From NCBI RefSeq assembly GCF_009914755.1, contig NC_060936.1: DNA of 64,000 nucleotides; one strand, written 5' to 3'. Every line of letters begins with the position of its first letter. The first letter of the stretch is position 1. The position numbers were made by a program, and so were the translations under genes. Below, in pieces: positions 58,041 to 64,000 of this stretch. Source of the DNA: the human T2T-CHM13v2.0 reference genome, Homo sapiens. The notes below the pieces were generated by a model. The model worked only from the letters and a program-made list of their open reading frames with translations, had not been told where the DNA came from and did not search any database.

Positions 58041-60609
58041 AATTGACTTGGAGCCTGGCTGCTTCTGTCTATGTTGTGTTTATTTTATTACTCAGGTTAT
58101 TTCCTCCTAGAAGGCTTTCTATGGAGCTAGTCTAACTAGGCAGTGAAATAGGAAGCTAGCCCCATGATCCTCTTGAGATGAAACTAAGGGAAGGAATCCT
58201 TTCCTCAAATTCAAACCCTACTGCCTGTTATTCTACCAGTATAGTTTTATTTTATCATGTAAAGGCTTTGCCAGTTTTACTAAGTATCATTTTGGAGAAT
58301 GGGGATTACTCTTTAATGAACAAATATCGTATCAATTAACACTATAGCAGAAAATAATGGGGGTGGGAAGGGTAATGACAGGTAGGGGAATAAAGACCAG
58401 AAGAAAAAAATAAAGAATGAGGCTAAGGGGGAAGATAGAGGGTGTGGAAAGACGAACTTTGCTTAATTTGTCATTTTATTCTGCCTGACACCTCCTTTAT
58501 ACAATGTCCAGCATAGCCCCAAGTCATGTGCGGGTGAGTGATTTTGATGGGATAATGACATGACACTTTTAGTCAATGGTATTTATGGAGGACAGAATTA
58601 CTTGGGAAGAATGAAATTAAATCAAAACGAAAATACATTAAACTCCTTTTGTTTCAGAAATAGAATCTTATTTTCATGCTGAATGGGTCAGCATCCATAC
58701 TTTGAACTTTTAATAAATACACGAAAATGTAAAAAACATAACTTGCAACAAAATTCTACATTTGTTAGCTTTAAAGTTATTACCAAGCTCTCACCTTTGC
58801 TTACATAACACCTGTCATTTTTCAATCTAAATCAGCCATATGTGCTTCAAAGGAGAATAGCCTGCTATTTAGAGCTTTCCAGCCATTATCACAAAATCAG
58901 ACCACCACTCAGCACGCTGTCACTCAGACAGAAAAGAAATGCCATCTTATCTGTGCAATTTGTCACCCGAATGCTCTGAAGCTCCTTTGCTTCACAGCTA
59001 GGGTGCAAGTTAATTCATCCAACAAGCCAGACATCATTTTCCTAAAAAGGTCAGCTTGATACACTCAGAGACCACAAGCATGTATGCAGCAAGCTTCCAA
59101 CAGCCACCTTGATATCTTTCCAGCACCGTCACATTTGCACATGATATAAGGAACTAGCTCAAGAATTGGTGGTGAGTCTATGGGCTGCCAGATTCTCCTA
59201 TCTGTGCTGAAAGAAACAATGGAATGTCTCTTGGATCCAAGTTCTACTCAAGCAGTTGGTGTGAATTTTCAGTTGGCCTCTGTTCCCCAACTATAGCCTG
59301 AAATCTTAGAAACATTTGTTTCAGCAGGACAGCTGGTTCTTCAAGTAAGAACACTCTTCAGCTCTATGATCATGAACATGACATTTCTTTTTCTTTTTAG
59401 CATAGCCCATCTGGATTCTTTACACTAAGGCAAGAGGCAAGCAGAAGACAAAGAGAGAAAGCAGAGGACCTCCGGGAAAGGAAGCCCCCTTTTCAGTCGG
59501 CCTAGGCAGAAGTAGATTTACTCTGAGGATTCACTCCAAGGGTGAAGTTTTAAGGGTGCTTCACTTGCTCTGGTTTCATAAATAAATTTTGATCTTCTTA
59601 AATACATTTGGATTAAATTTTCATGTTTTTTTCTAAAAGAAATTGTACAAACCTGAGGACCCATGAACTTAGTTTCACCCCTCCTACTGGGGAAGCCTAG
59701 CAACTCCAAATGGCCTTTGTCACCATCTGATTCTTAAATTCTAATTTCCACATTGTTGTGTAAAAACAAGAAGCTATAGATAACAGTTGAGTTGTAAAGT
59801 TATCTGGTGTACTTTATTATTAGCAGTGATTGATGTGGATAATGGACAATCTGGAAAATCCTGAATACTTAACAAACAATATTATTTATATCTATCCATT
59901 TTACTTTACATGCATAGATGGAGGCTTTTAAAGAGTGTTACTTGTGAAACATGTTTTTAAAATTATTTTGTCCTATCTTATGTTATTAGACCCCTGAGAA
60001 CTCAAGTTTATAGAGATTAGCAATATGATTTTTATAAATATTTTTAAGTACTTACCTCCCAGACCATTGTAAATGGGATGGGCCATAATTATAAATTTAT
60101 CATTAAAATAAAAAGAATGTTAAGAAGCATATAAAAATTACACAATCCCAATCTATCTTTTCACAGATTGACTGTCAAATGCATTCTGATGGGAAAATGA
60201 ATAGTAAAAAAAGACATAATATACTGACATTGAGCATATTTTATATTGAACAAGACTGTTTAAAATTCTTCACATAGCATGTTCAGGCTGCATTTTAATT
60301 AAATGCCATGCAGAAGTGCTCAGCTTTTGAACCATGTAATATTCCCAGGACAATAGTAAATTTCCAGGGAAAATTTGAACTGCTAAAAAGTTATTTCTGA
60401 AATTGTCCTCTGTTATTTATTATTTCAATGTAATGACCTTGCCACTCAAAAAAATCCATTAAAATATTTTTCTCTCATAAGTGATAACTTTATTTGATAG
60501 CAAATATCTTGACAACATAATAAAAACTAATATTCACATCACATCATGTTATTTAAAATTATTTTCACACATACTTTGACTCATTTAAACAACATATCAA
60601 CCCTATCGG

Positions 60610-64000
<3,391 letters not shown>

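Overview
This 64 kb window looks like human (primate) non-coding DNA, either intergenic or deep intronic. It is AT-rich and CpG-poor, with no credible protein-coding gene, RNA gene or CRISPR array. The only ORFs resembling real proteins are broken L1 ORF2 pieces. The window is a mosaic of repeats: about 12 Alus (J, S and Y, most with visible TSDs), a 5'-truncated L1PA2-like element (+, 42888-45068), an L1PA8-like element (-, 60610 to the window end), older L1/L2/MIR fragments, MaLR/ERVL LTRs and MITE-type DNA transposons. Repeat families were assigned from memory of consensus sequences, not by running RepeatMasker, so boundaries of old elements are approximate. The best-supported unusual feature is an L1-mediated 3' transduction. 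The L1PA2 target-site duplication GAAAACCTCCAA (42877-42888) reappears only at 45505-45516. Between the L1 tail and that copy lie about 430 bp of non-L1 DNA: half an older Alu, unique sequence, AATAAA and a second poly(A). Other items worth checking are two strong palindromes (23877-24014 and 50523-50571), a minus-strand 3'-UTR-like block with a canonical poly(A) site near 37400, and several repeat-free motif clusters that look like enhancers or CTCF sites.
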